Assembly (NCBI RefSeq): GCF_006345805.1
Contig: NW_021834378.1
Span: 1-58,488, forward strand
Direction: 5' to 3'
Length of the DNA stretch: 58,488 nucleotides
Origin: Octopus sinensis
Lineage: Eukaryota
In this document: one piece after another, positions 1 through 12,429 of the stretch
Numbering within the stretch: the stretch's first letter is position 1
Layout: each line of letters begins with the position of its first letter
Notes under the pieces: generated by a model
Seen by the model: the letters and a program-made list of their open reading frames with translations, nothing else
What the model was told of the DNA's origin: nothing
Database searches by the model: none
Made by a program: the position numbers and the translations under genes

Positions 1-924
1 TGTTTCAGTTATTTGACTGTGGCAGGTTGGAGCAACGCCTTTAGTCGAGCAAATAAACCACAGGACTTATTCTTTGTAAGCTTAGCAATTACTCTATCGG
101 TCTCTTTGCCGAACCGCTAAGTAACGGGGACGTAAACACAACAGTATCGGTTGTCAAGCAATGTTGGGCTGACAACACGACACACAAAACATACACACAT
201 AAATAAATAATACAACATAAATACATACCACATATATATATATACATACATAATACATAATAAATACATACATACATACATACATATATATATACATACA
301 TACAACATACATATATATATATACATTACATACATACATATATATATATATACATACATACATAATATATATATATATAATACATACATACACATACATA
401 CATATATATATATATACATACATACATACATATATATATATATACACATACATACATACATATATATATATATTATACATAACAACATACATACATACTA
501 TATATATTTACATACATACATATATATATCTCCATATATAAAACTGAAATGCGTTTTTACCGCTTGGATCGCTTTCAATGCCACTACATCCCGTCCGATT
601 CGCTCCAAAATTTACAGGGACATGTAGAACGAGGTGACGATGCTCGTGGGCTACCTGAAAAGGTGTTGTTGCTAGGGGCCATCTTCCTCACTCACCCTAT
701 TTCCTCCTTTCCCTCTCTTACTCCTCTTCATAACTTTCAGAAGTCCACTACCGTTATTTAAAGTATCTGTCACTATCGCTATTTCCTTTCTTTTTCACTG
801 ACTCTGTTTCCTACCTTCCTATCACTTCGGCGGCGTTCTTTTAAGTATATGTCTGTCACCAGCAAACAACACACGAGCATGAGAACAAATATTATGAATC
901 AGATATTATTGCGTTCATTTATAT

Positions 925-1765
925 GTGTGTGTGTGTGTGTTTCTATATATAAATATGTATATTATATGATGGGTGGTGTGTGTGGTTCTATATATAAATA
1001 TGTATATATAATGTATGTGTGTGTGTGTGTGTGTGTTCTATATAAAATGTATATATAATGTAGTGGTGTGTTGTGTGTGTGTTCTATATATAATATTATA
1101 TATAATGTAGTGTATGGTGTGTGTTCTATATATAAATATGTATATATAATGTATGTGTGTGTGTGGTGTGTTCTATATATAAATATGTATATATAATGTA
1201 TGTGTGTGGTGTGTGTGTTCTAATATAAATATGTATATATAATGTATGTGTGTGTGTGTGTGTTCTATATATTAAATATGTATATATAATGTATGTGGTG
1301 TGTGTGTGTGTTCTAATATAAATATGTATATATAATGTATGTGTATGTGTGTGTTTTGTGTTCTATATATAAATATGTATATATAATGTGTGTGTGTGTG
1401 TGTGTGTGTTATATATATAAAAGTAATATAATGTATGTGTGTGTGTGTGTGTGTTCTATATATAATATGTATATATAATGTATGTGTGTGTGTGTGTGTT
1501 CTATATATATAAATAGTATATATAATGTATGTGTGTGTGTGTGTGTGTGTTCTATAGAAAATGTATATATAATGTATATGGTATGTGTGTGTGTTCTATT
1601 ATAAATATGTATATATAATGTATGTGGTGTGTGTGTGGTTCTATATAAATATGTATATATAATGTATGTGGTGTGTGTGTGTTGTTCTATATATAATATG
1701 TATATATAATGTATGTGTGTGTGTGTGTGTTCTATATAAATATGTATATATAATGTATATATACA
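925..1765 (+). repeat. Compound minisatellite of about 40-45 bp: (GT)n TCTATATATAAATATGTATATATAATGTAT
   Basis: About 17-19 visible recurrences. Confidence 0.85.
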
Positions 1766-1904
1766 AAGTGTATATATCTGTATTTATGTATATTAAACTT
1801 TTTCATACTTTTTCTAGTATATATATTTTTAAACAAATTATAAATAGAGATTTATAATTTTTATTTTCAATTTAAATAATTTAAAGTTTTCAATTTTATA
1901 TTTA

Positions 1905-2303
1905 CTAGCAGTATCGCCCGCGTTGCTCGGGTTTGTAAGGGAAATAACTATATAAGCATTTTTAGTGAGTTATAGCAAAAAAAAAATAGCAAAAAATGCA
2001 TTAAAAATGGAAAAAAAAAATGATAGTAATTTTTTTTAAATCGTTGACTCATCGTAGACATTTTAGAGAGTATTCCCTTATATAATAGCGAAAAAAATGC
2101 ATTAAAATGGAATAAAAAATGATGGTAAATTTTTTTTTTAATCATAGACTCATCGTAGACGCGCGCTAATACGGAAGGGCCGATATGAATCACGACTATA
2201 GTTACCCGGTTTTGGTGGGGAACTGCACCGCAAAATGTGGGGTAGTAGTTAGGAATCTAAATCGTAGGAGACAGACACACAATCTTACTTTTATATATAA
2301 AGA
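1905..2303 (-). mobile_element. Non-autonomous Helitron
   Basis: On the minus strand: 5' TC, GC-rich 3' hairpin (CCCGAGCAACGCGGG), CTAG end, inserted between A and T. Confidence 0.8.
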
Positions 2304-2304
2304 T

Positions 2305-2820
2305 TTGTGCAACAACTAAAAACATTCGGTTGTGCAAATTTTTGCACAGGAACCTGCCCTTGTGTGGCGGGGTTTTTGCCGTTTTTGTGGATCTGTTTCA
2401 GCTTTTTTAGCGGTTTCTGTTTTGGCGACTTCAAGCTATGAAATCGTTGGTCTAAAAGAACGCTGGTCTCCTTCACAACGCATTACGACGTTGATTTCCT
2501 TACACTCCCTTCCCCACAGCTTCACGAGGGAGGGAAGAAGAGGGGGAGAAGCAAACAGGTGCAGGTGTGACCATGGACGCCAACTCCGCCGCCATCGACA
2601 CACGAAAAATTATGCATTAAAATGAAAAAAAATGATGTTAAATTATTTTTAAAATCGTAGACTCATCGTAGACGCGCGCTAATACCCAGACGGGCTCGAT
2701 ATGAATCACGACTATAAGATACCCGAATTTGGTTAAACTGCACCGCAAAATGTGGTAGTAGTTAGGAATCTAAATCGAAGGGGACAGACACTCACACAAC
2801 TACAGTTTTATATATATAGA
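2305..2820 (-). mobile_element. Helitron copy lacking its own CTAG end, fused upstream of 1905-2303
   Basis: Has the 5' TCTATATATATAAAACTGTAG end and the internal segment shared with 3035-3546. Confidence 0.65.
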
Positions 2821-3034
2821 TATATTTTCTATGTTATATTTTCTTTTTTTATGTTTTTGTTTTCGGTTTTTCACTGTTTGATTTGCCTATTAGTGGTTTT
2901 ATCTCTAATTTAATTTATAGATATATATCTCATTTGTATACATTTGTATATATAATGCGTGCACACACACACACACACACAGACACACACACACACACAC
3001 ACACAAATATATATATACACATATATATATATAA

Positions 3035-3546
3035 CTAGCAGTATCGCCCGGCGTTGCTCGGATTTGTAAGGGAAATAACTATATAAGCATTTTTAGAGAG
3101 TTACTTCCCTTATAGATGACAATTCGGGCTTTCTTAGCCATTTCTGTTTTGGTGTCATCAAGCCATGAAGTCGTTGTTCTAAAAGAACGCTGGTCCTTCA
3201 CAACGCATACGACGTTGATTTCTTACACTCCTTCCCCACAGCTTCACGGGGAGGGAAGAAGGGGGGAGAAGCAAACACAGGTACAGGTGTTTGAGCGTGG
3301 AAGCCAACTCCGCCGCAATCGACACACGAAAAATTATGCATTAAAATGGAATAAAAAATGATGTTAAATTATTTTTAAAATCGCAGACTCATCGTAGACG
3401 CGCGCTAATACTCAGACGGGCTCGATATGAATCACGACTATAAGATACCCGAATTTGGTTAAACTGCACCGCAAAATGTGGGAGTAGTTAGGAATCTAAA
3501 TCGAAGGGGACAGACACTCACACAACTACAGTTTTATATATATAGA
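3035..3546 (-). mobile_element. Non-autonomous Helitron
   Basis: A|CTAGCAGTATCGCCCGGCGTTGCTCGG ... TATATAGA|T. Confidence 0.85.
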
Positions 3547-4351
3547 TGTGTGCATTACGTAGTCGGTCGATTCAGCTGAAAATATGCACACCTATGTTAA
3601 AGGTGCTGACAAGTTTGCATGACAACTATTTTGTTCCTCAAATGAAAGGCGTCACCTCTACGACAAAATTCCTCATCTTATAAAATGTGGCCCCAGTAGA
3701 CCCGAATGAAATCGGGTTATATTAACCAAAATGTGAAAAGGGATCTAAATGGGGCTGGAAGGGGATTAAAATTTCAAGGAGCGGGTGTTTAGGAATTCTG
3801 TTACATCAAGCTAAAAAATTTGCGCCAGCCTTTTAATCGTCAATGTGTTGCCGTCCATGATAAAGAAGTTTTGAATGCTTGCCATGGTGAGTCTACTGTC
3901 ATGAGAAAGAATCACTTCAAAACTTGGTGTTTACGAATTTCTTTTCATTAAATTCAAAATTATACGCCAGCCGTTAAACTGTCACTACGTTGCTGTCCGT
4001 CGTTAACAAATGCCAGCCATGGTGACTCTACTATCCTCAGATTCTATCCCTTCAAACTTTGTTTTCCAATATTTTATTATTTTTATTCAGCTCGCAAGTT
4101 CGTCTGTCCCTTTTAAATGTTACGTTTTGATGTCTGCCTGAAGCAGACCTTTCCATTGACACTGCCTCATATTTCTGATTGATCTTTCTAAATATTTTAT
4201 TTCTCAACTTACTCAAGATCTTCTGTTGTTTATAAATGGGAGAGAGATAGATAAAGATAGAGAGTAAGAGAAAGCGAGGGAGAGTCGGAGAGAAAAGAAA
4301 AGTAAGAGAGTGGGAAAGTGAGAGAGAAGGAGAGAGAAACAAATACGGAGA

Positions 4352-4665
4352 ATCATCATCATCATATCGTTTAACGTCCGTTTTCCGTGCTAGCACGGGT
4401 TGGGCAGTGTGACCGGGGTCTCGGAAGCCTGGAGGCTGCACCAGCTCCAGTCTGATCTGGCAGTGTTTCTACAGGTGGATGACCTTCCTAACGCAACCAC
4501 TCTGTGAGTGTAGTGAGTGCTTTTTTCGTGCCGCCGGCACTGGTGCCAGGGGGCTCCAGTGGCAACGATCGGTTGGTGCTTTTTACGTGCCACCGGCACA
4601 GAAGCAAGTCAAGGCGGTGCTGCAATCCGCCACGTTCGGATGGTGCTTTTTTTAGGCTGAAAGAA
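4352..4665 (-). mobile_element. RTE-type LINE 3' UTR/tail (other copies about 49400-49590, 50445-50730, 51190-51580, 53010-53365, all +)
   Basis: Matches 24600-24940: CCAACCCATGCTAGCATGGAAAACGGACGTTAAACG(ATG)n. Confidence 0.75.
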
Positions 4666-4724
4666 GCAACAGAAAGTAACTCCCACAATCTTACCCGCGC
4701 GTAGAGCGGGTCACCTTCAGCTAG

Positions 4725-4759
<35 letters not shown>

Positions 4760-4770
4760 TAATATACATA

Positions 4771-4828
<58 letters not shown>

Positions 4829-4998
4829 CAAATATACGACGGGCTTTTTTTCTGTTTCCGTCTACCAAATCCACTCACAAAGCTTTGGTCGGCCCGAAGC
4901 TATAGTAGAAGACACTTGCCCAAGGTGCCACACAGTGGGAGTGAACCCGGAACCACGTGGTTGGTAAACAAGCTACTTACCACACAGCCACTCCTACG

Positions 4999-5041
<43 letters not shown>

Positions 5042-5058
5042 CATACATACATATATAT

Positions 5059-5103
<45 letters not shown>

Positions 5104-5270
5104 AAATATACGACGGGCTTTTTTTCTGTTTCCGTATACCAAATCACTCACAAGGCTTTGGTCGGCCCGAAGCTATAGTAGAAGACACTTGCCCAAGGTG
5201 CCACACAGTGGGAGTAACCCGGAACCACGTGGTTGGTAAACAAGCTACTTACCACACAGCCACTCCTACG

Positions 5271-5316
<46 letters not shown>

Positions 5317-5319
5317 TTT

Positions 5320-5525
5320 TATCTAGTTTCAGTTCACGAGCAGTGGCCATGCTGGGGCACCGCCATTCGGTGTTGCTACATGATTTTACTTCACGAATGC
5401 TTGTTAGTAATTGACATTTGGTGCATGAGAGAGTCCGATGCAGCTGCTCTCATCTGCTGTGAAGTTGGTACATCTGGGACACCTGACAGGAAGAGATCCA
5501 GTTTTATTTTAAATACCTCTGCATT
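5320..5525 (-). mobile_element. CR1/L2-group LINE 3' end
   Basis: VFKIKLDLFLSGVPDVP..MRAAASDSL matches the FKxKLDxFLxxVPDxP C-terminal motif. Confidence 0.55.
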
Positions 5526-5589
5526 TATTTTATTTTATATATATATATATATGTATTTATATATATATATAAATAAATATATATATATA

Positions 5590-5877
5590 TCACGTGATCA
5601 CGTGACCGAACCAGACCATCAGATGTTGTTACACATCGCTGGTCACAATGCGTTCGCATTGTTTTAGCCTTCAAATGACGTTACCCCGCTGGCTAAGCAA
5701 GCAGGCCAACAGAAGAAAGAGTGAGAGAAAGTTGTGGCGAAAGAGTACAGCAGGGATCACCACCATCCCCTGCCGGAGCCTCGTGGAGCTTTTTTAGGTG
5801 TTTTCGCTCAATAAACACTCACAACGCCCGGTCTACGACCACGAGTCCGCTGCCCTAAATACTAGGCCATTTAGCCT

Positions 5878-5880
<3 letters not shown>
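5590..5880 (-). mobile_element. SINE-like element, further family
   Basis: tRNA-like head (AATGGCCTAGTATTTAGGGCAGCGGACTCG) on the minus strand, next to a (CA)n tract. Confidence 0.5.
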
Positions 5881-5913
<33 letters not shown>

Positions 5914-5916
5914 ATA

Positions 5917-6515
5917 TCTTTATATATAAAAGTCAAGTTGTGTGTCTGTCTCCTACGATTTAGATTCCTAACTACTCCCACATTTTGCGGTGCAGTTCCA
6001 CCAAAACCGGGTATCTTATAGTCGTGATTCACATCGAGCCCTTCTGGGTATTAGCGCGCGTCTACGATGATTCTATGATTAAAAAAAAATTACCGTCATT
6101 TTTTTCCATTTTAATGCATTTTTTCGCTATTATATAAGGGAAGTAACTCTCTAAACTTGTCTACGATGAGTCAACGATTTAAAAAAAAAATTACCATCAT
6201 TTTTTTCCTTTTTAATGCATTTTTCGCTATTATATAAGGGAAGTAACTCTCTGAAAATGTTTACGATGAGTCAACGATTTAAAAAAAAATTTACCATCAT
6301 TTTTTTTCCATTTTAATGCATATTTTCGCTATTATATAAGGGAAGTAACTCTCTAAAAATGTCTACGATGAGTGAACGATTTAAAAAAAAATTTACCATC
6401 AATTTTTTTTCCATTTATAATGCATTTTTTTGCTATTTTTTGGCTATAACTCTCTAAAAATGCTTATATAGTTATTTCCCTTATAAACCCGAGCAACGCC
6501 AGGCGATACTGCTAG
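5917..6515 (+). mobile_element. Non-autonomous Helitron with internal tandem repeats of about 80 bp
   Basis: A|TCTTTATATATAAAAG ... CCCGAGCAACGCCAGGCGATACTGCTAG|T; the TCTACGATGAGTCAACGATTT unit repeats 4-5 times. Confidence 0.85.
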
Positions 6516-6794
6516 TATATATAAATCAGTAAACTCTTGGTGTCATTCACAGTTTGACTGTGGGTACTTAGCGCAGTTTGTCATTCATACGATAGTACAG
6601 ACGACAACGGATTAAGTCGACAGAACTGAAGAGTGAGACACTATCTTGTGTTGCTTTATTAAATGCTTTTTTCAAAGTTCCCACTCGCTTTGACGAGTTG
6701 CTTGTGCTCCAGTTAGCAGATTTCATTTCTCCCTCCCCGTTTTCTCGACAGGAATTTTATAACAAAAAGCATTACTGCAATAATTAAAATACCC

Positions 6795-7425
6795 GGATGT
6801 TTTCGGTTTGAACGGCAGTTTTTTCTAGCGGTGTCATATGAAATTGTCACCCATAATTATGACCTTAGTATCGATCTATTGCATTTCTATCTGTTTTAGG
6901 GTTAGGGTTATGAGTGGGGGAAGGGTATCTTTTTTTCTTCACAAATGTAAATAAACCGAATCTGTTTCTTAAACGAGAGACATATTCATACGGCACAGAA
7001 TGTTGTTTACCTCAATAGGCGTCAGTGATTGGTTGAAATTGCAGAAATTGAAGAAAAAAAGCAACAACAAATATCTTACAAACTATAGAATTTTCTCATT
7101 AAAGCCAAGAGAAAAAGATGTTTTATAAACACATTCTACCAGTATACGAAGTTTTAAATTTTTTATTTACCTAGAAATTATGTTAAAAGCTGCCGTTCAA
7201 ACCGAAAAGATCCTGTTTTTTTACTGAATAGATGTCATTGATTGGTTGAAATTGCAGAAATTGAAGAAAAAAAAACAACAAATATCTTTTAAACTTTAGA
7301 ATTTTCTCAATAAAGCCAAGAGAAAAGGATGTCTTATAAACACATTCTACCAGTATACGAAGTTTAAAATTTTTTAGTTACCTAGAAATTATTTTTAAAA
7401 ACTGCCGTTCAAACCGAAAAGATCC
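6795..7425 (+). mobile_element. Small non-autonomous element of the same family (631 bp)
   Basis: TIRs GGATGTTTTCGGTTTGAACGGCAG and CTGCCGTTCAAACCGAAAAGATCC. Perfect 8-bp TSD AAATACCC (6787-6794, 7426-7433). Right end duplicated (internal TIR near 7190-7214). Confidence 0.85.
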
Positions 7426-7782
7426 AAATACCCTTTATATATATATAAATATGTAGGTGATAAGTTGCTGTCTAGTTTCCTGTTCTAATTATTTATTATT
7501 CACCAACATAGTTTCTTTTTGTTATATCAGCAGCCTCGCCTTTATTCGTTATCGTTATTATTAACATAATTTATGCTTTGCCATGCTGGTATTGAAATAT
7601 AAAGCATGCATCATAACATTTCGAATTTGAATTTGCTTCTATCAATCCCTGTGTGAAAACTAACACTTCCTTTTTTTACCGAGATGAGATTCGAAATCGA
7701 ATCTAAGGATTCTCGTTCGTCTGATCCACCACTGGTCAAAAAAGCGCGAAAGAAATTTGGTTGTCCTGTCAAGAAGTGATGG

Positions 7783-7817
<35 letters not shown>

Positions 7818-8212
7818 TGTATGTATGTATGTATGTATGTATATACATATATATATATATATATATACATAAATTCGGGGTGAGAACTTGATAATTAAAG
7901 CACCTGTGTATACCGTTTGGTGGTGTAGGTGGTGGAGTAAATTGATCAAAATAAAAACATGATGCCAATGATTCAGCGGTACATATGTTTCGGGCCTTTA
8001 TTAGACAGATTTATAACAATGCATAATGTATGTCTGTGGCCTGTATATATATATATATATGTGTGTATATACATATACATGTATATATTATATATCTATA
8101 TATAATATATATATATATTATATATATATGTATATATTATATATAATATATAATATATATAACTATATATATTATATATATATATATATATGTATATATA
8201 ATATATATTATA

Positions 8213-8263
<51 letters not shown>

Positions 8264-8772
8264 GTGTGTGTGGTGTGTGTGTGTGGTGTGTGTTTGTGTG
8301 TGTGTATCACTCTGTTAATTGTTTCGGTCATTTAAGTGTGCAATGCTGGACGCACCGCTTTTTAGTTCGAGAAATCGACCCCTGGACTTATTCTTTGTAA
8401 ACCAGGAACTTATTCTATCGATATCTTCTGCCGAACCGCTAAGGTATGAGGACATAAACACACCAACATCGGTTTCTAAGTGATGGTGAGGGAAACAAAC
8501 ACACTCACACACAGAGGATAGACTTCTTTGAGTTTCCGTCAACCAAATCCACTGACATGGCTGTGGTCAGCCTGGGGCTATAGTAGAAGACACAGACACG
8601 ATAAAGTGATGGTTTGTTGCCAGCTTAATGTGGCAGTCCCAGGAAAGGGAAGATTGCTACTGTTGTTTAGCCCCAGGAAACAACGTTTCCAGTTGGCTAG
8701 GTGAGACAAGCGTTCTGTACCCACAAGTTTTCAAACAGGAGAGGTAAGCACCTCCACCCAGCAAAGCCAGCT

Positions 8773-8815
8773 TCCAGAGACTAGTTTCAGACTCATTGCT
8801 CTTCGTCAGTCTGGA
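8773..8815 (-). ncRNA. Minimal type I hammerhead ribozyme (Penelope/retrozyme type)
   Basis: Minus strand reads UCCAGA-CUGACGA-AGA(GCAAUGAG)UCU-GAAA-CUAG-UC^-UCUGGA: 6-bp stem I, intact core, 3-bp stem II, palindromic ACUAGU stem III, GUC cleavage triplet. Confidence 0.75.
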
Positions 8816-9027
8816 GTAGCTTGGCTTGCTAGCTGTCGATGCTTATTCGCCTTTGAAAACTTATATATATATATATATAATTATATTTAATCACCCCACA
8901 TTATTGTATGGTTAATACCATATAGTTTTCTGGTGCATCTAAGTTAAGTACCGCATTCAAGTGAATTCATTAGAACTGACTTGAATCTTAATTGCTTTTA
9001 CTGTATATATATATATATATATATAAA

Positions 9028-9092
<65 letters not shown>

Positions 9093-9104
9093 CATACATA
9101 TATA

Positions 9105-9305
9105 TTCAAAATGTGACCGCGTGTGTACCGTTTGCGATTTTTTTCCTCTGTCTTCCTTCTCTGGATCTTTCCTTCTCCTATGTTTCCGACGAAGAGCTCC
9201 GCCCGAAACGTTAAACCCTCCTTCTTTCCTTCTTTCCTGAGCGTCCAATAATACTATATTTGTTCCACGTCCTCGCGTTGTTGTGTTTTTTTGTGCTTTC
9301 TTGCT
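9105..9305 (+). mobile_element. Penelope-like LTR-type fragment (deleted copy 58360-58445)
   Basis: GTTTCCGACGAAGAGCTCCGCCCGAAACGT motif; the 58360 copy lacks the centre between CTTCCTTCT direct repeats. Confidence 0.4.
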
Positions 9306-9391
9306 TGGATTAACTATATATATATATATATATTATCCCTTATAATTTAACACGCTCACCGGTAAAATTTCCACTTATTTCTTATTTTTTA

Positions 9392-9892
9392 CTAGCAGTA
9401 TCGCCCGGCGTTGCTAGGGTTTGTAAGGGAAATAACTAGATAAGCATTTTTAGAGTGTTACTTCCCTTATAGATGCCAATTCGGGCTTTCTTAGCCATTT
9501 CTGTTTGGGTGTCTTCAAGCCATGAAGTCGTTGTTCTAAAAGAACGCTGGTCTCTTTGACAACGCTTTACGACGTTGATTTCCTTACACTCCCTTCCCCA
9601 CAGCTTCACGAAGGAGGGAAGAAGGGGGAGAAGCAAACAGGTGCAGGTGTGACCATGGACGCCAACTCCGCCGCCATCGACACACGAAAAATTATGCATT
9701 AAAATGGAATAAAAAATGTTTTAAAATCGTAGACTCATCGTAGACGCGCGCTAATACTCAGACGGGCTTGATATGAATCACGACTATAAGATACCCGAAT
9801 TTGGTTAAACTGCACCGCGAAATGTGTGAGTAGTTAGGAATCTAAATCGAAGGGGACAGACACTCACACAACTACAGTTTTATATATAGAGA
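9392..9892 (-). mobile_element. Non-autonomous Helitron
   Basis: Same termini and body as 3035-3546. Confidence 0.85.
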
Positions 9893-10508
9893 TTTTCCTA
9901 AAATTATCGTCGCGTCTTGCAACCTTTTCAATAGTCTTGACCACCGAGTATAGTCCGTCCTTGAGTATGATACGCAGGGAATTTTTAGGGGGCTCTACCT
10001 CTGAAAAACCTAAAACTTGTGTATAATACGCACCCCTTCTCAAACTTGAGTCGTGCGTAATTAAGCCAGTAGCACCTAGTTGAACAAACACTTTCGCACA
10101 TGCGTAATACAATAATGGTGATGTTCTTAACTGTGATATGGGAATGTAAATATGTTTGCAAATTGTTTTTGTTACATGTTATTCTGTGTTCTGAATACTT
10201 TTATTTTAATAAATGTTGCTTACTACAAATTATGGATGATTATTTTATGACTTCATTGCTTTCAGGCTTAGCTTAAGGTATTTTCGCGCCCGACATCACA
10301 AAATACGTCTGAATAAACATTGCCGGACAGCAAATAGAGGCTCGGACATTGCCTAGAAAATAATTTTCATTTTTAACCTTGTATATAGTACACACTAGGG
10401 ATTTTGACCTTTAAATTTTGGGGGAAAATGCGGATTATACTCGAGGATTTACGGTAGTCAAAACTATTGAAAAGGTTGCAAGATGCAACGAAAATTTTAG
10501 GAAAAATA
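9893..10508. mobile_element. MITE-like inverted-repeat element
   Basis: ATTTTCCTAAAATTATCGTCGCGTCTTGCAACCTTTTCAATAG pairs with CTATTGAAAAGGTTGCAAGATGCAACGAAAATTTTAGGAAAAAT; an inner TACCGTAAATCCTCGAGTATAATCCGCA resembles pogo/Tigger-like ends. Confidence 0.55.
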
Positions 10509-10539
10509 AAAAATAAGAAATACGTGGAAATTTTGCCAG

Positions 10540-11170
10540 AGGAGGAGGGGGCTCTTCCACAGCCAACTGCTCCAGGACCCTACTTTGGTCCTGAGGACAG
10601 TTCTTTTTGATGTGGACTGACTCCACACAGGTGACACTTGGTAGGGGGCGTCCCTCAAGAATCACTGGGTACCTGCACCCGGCCATTTTCAAAAACTCTG
10701 AGAAAACCAGATTCTTGGCTGATTGGGTCCACAGGGTCAAAATATCTTTTGACACCACCCAATCAACCGCAGGCAACATTTTCACATTGAGGAGGTTGAC
10801 TCCGCTGCCACCCAGACTCAAGCGGATAGTCTCTTCTATCCACTCGGGTTCTGTCCCTGGTGGCAACCCGCAGAGCCAAGCTCTTGTCAAATTCTTCCCA
10901 CAATACGTGGGAAGGAACAAAATCTCTTTGCCCTCCAAGGGCTGGCTCGCAAATTTACGAGCCTCCTCAGGGGTGTCAATAGCAACCACACCGTTGCACA
11001 TTTGACCCCACGGGAGATGAATTTAATAGTTGGCAGATACTCAACCAACAGTCTTTTGAAATAGAGCGATGGTGTCGAGCGACTTGGAGTGAATCCTCAA
11101 CACCACCGCCTTCTCTTCGAAGTCTTTCAACCACTGTTTTCCCTCTAATAAACATTGTCCTTGTTCTTTG
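10540..11170 (-). pseudogene. Decayed LINE ORF1 (gag-like) with CCHC zinc knuckle
   Basis: ORF 10435-11001 contains YPVILEGRP followed, across two small frameshifts, by C-H-L-C-x4-H-IKKN-C (CX2CX4HX4C). Confidence 0.55.
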
Positions 11171-11293
11171 TCATGTTTTTTTTTTAAATAAAAACTCCAA
11201 AAACAGTTCAGATAAGAATTCAAAAAAAGAAGGAAGAAAAAGAAAGAAATAAAAAAAAGTCACAATAAAACGGACAGAAGAAAAAAAAAGAAA

Positions 11294-11712
11294 ATAGGCG
11301 CAGGAGTGGCTGTGTGGTAAGTAGCTTGTTTACCAATCACACGGTTCCGGGTTCAGTCCCACTGCGTGGCACCTTAGGCAAGAGTCTTCTGCTATAGCCC
11401 CGGGCCGACCAATGCCTTGTGAGTGGATTTGGTAGACGGAAACTGAAAAAAGCCTGTCGTATATATGTATATATATATATATATATGTGTGTGTTTGTGT
11501 GTCTGTGTTTGTCCCCCTAGCATTGCTTGACAACCAATGCTGGTGTGTTTATGTCCCCGTTACTTAGCAGTTCGGCAAAAGAGATCGATAGAATAAGTAC
11601 TGGGCTTACAAAAAGAATAAGTTCCCAGGGTCGAGTTACTCGATTAAAGGCGGTGCTCCAGCATGGCGGCAGTCATATGACTGAAACAAGTAAAAAGAGT
11701 AAAAAAGAGTAA
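11294..11712 (+). mobile_element. tRNA-derived SINE family 1 (also 1-180 -, 4832-5003 -, 5106-5272 -, 8305-8590 -, 11983-12340 -, 51586-52015 +, 52385-52540 +, 52840-53000 +, 58465-end +)
   Basis: A-box-like TGGCTGTGTGG, B-box-like GGTTCAGTCCC, conserved body with an internal (TA/TG)n tract. Confidence 0.8.
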
Positions 11713-11924
11713 AGAGTTCAATAAAAAGAAAGTCACAAAAAAGGATTGAAGAAGGAAAGGAAACAGCCTACATTTCAAAAAAACACAGTAAGCAAAAAAT
11801 CTTCTGACCCCCTCGGTAATCCAGACCTATTTGGTAATCGAACTTGAACCCGGAACGCCACAACTTGGAACAGCTCGCCGCCTTCTTGCCACACAAGCTA
11901 CGTCTCTCTCTCTCTCTCTCTCTC

Positions 11925-11970
<46 letters not shown>

Positions 11971-12429
11971 ACACACACATATACTCTTTTACACTTTTAC
12001 TTGTTTCAGTCATTTGACTGCGGCCATGCTGGAGCACCGCCTTTAGTCGAGCAAATCGACCCCCCGGGACTTATTCTTTTGTAAGCCCAGTACTTATTCT
12101 ATCGGTCTCTTTTGCAGAACCGCTAAGTGACGGGGACGTAAACACACCACACATACATATATATATACGTATATACGACAGGCTTCTTTCAGTTTCCGTC
12201 TACCAAATCCACTCACAAGGCTTTGATCGGCCCGAGGCTATAGTAGAAGACACTTGCCGAAGGTGCCACGCAGTGGGACTGAACCCGGAACCGTGTGGTC
12301 GGTAAGCAAGCTACTTACCACACAGCCACTCCTGCGCCTAAAAGAACTTGTAGATGCAAGTGCTACAATTTAATAGTTCCACATACCGGATGGTAGCAAG
12401 CTTATGGGGTCATCAGAAGAGAATGTGTG

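Noticed and set aside
690-775. Minus-strand exon ending AGG|GTGAGT with open frame TLNNGSGLLKVMKRSKRGKGGNR
   Set aside because: The upstream acceptor is purine-rich and the peptide is low-complexity and unrecognised.
7660-7760. Minus-strand exon-like stretch (TTKFLSRFFDQWWIRR.. or QPNFFRAFLTSGG..)
   Set aside because: Two frames are equally open, the donor (GTAAAA) is weak, and there is no recognisable homology.
9180-9225. Functional hammerhead in the Penelope-like fragment
   Set aside because: The core reads CCGACGA, stem II is mismatched, and no stem I or cleavage triplet can be assembled.
11294-11380. tRNA genes at SINE heads
   Set aside because: A and B boxes are present, but there is no closed cloverleaf and they run into SINE bodies.
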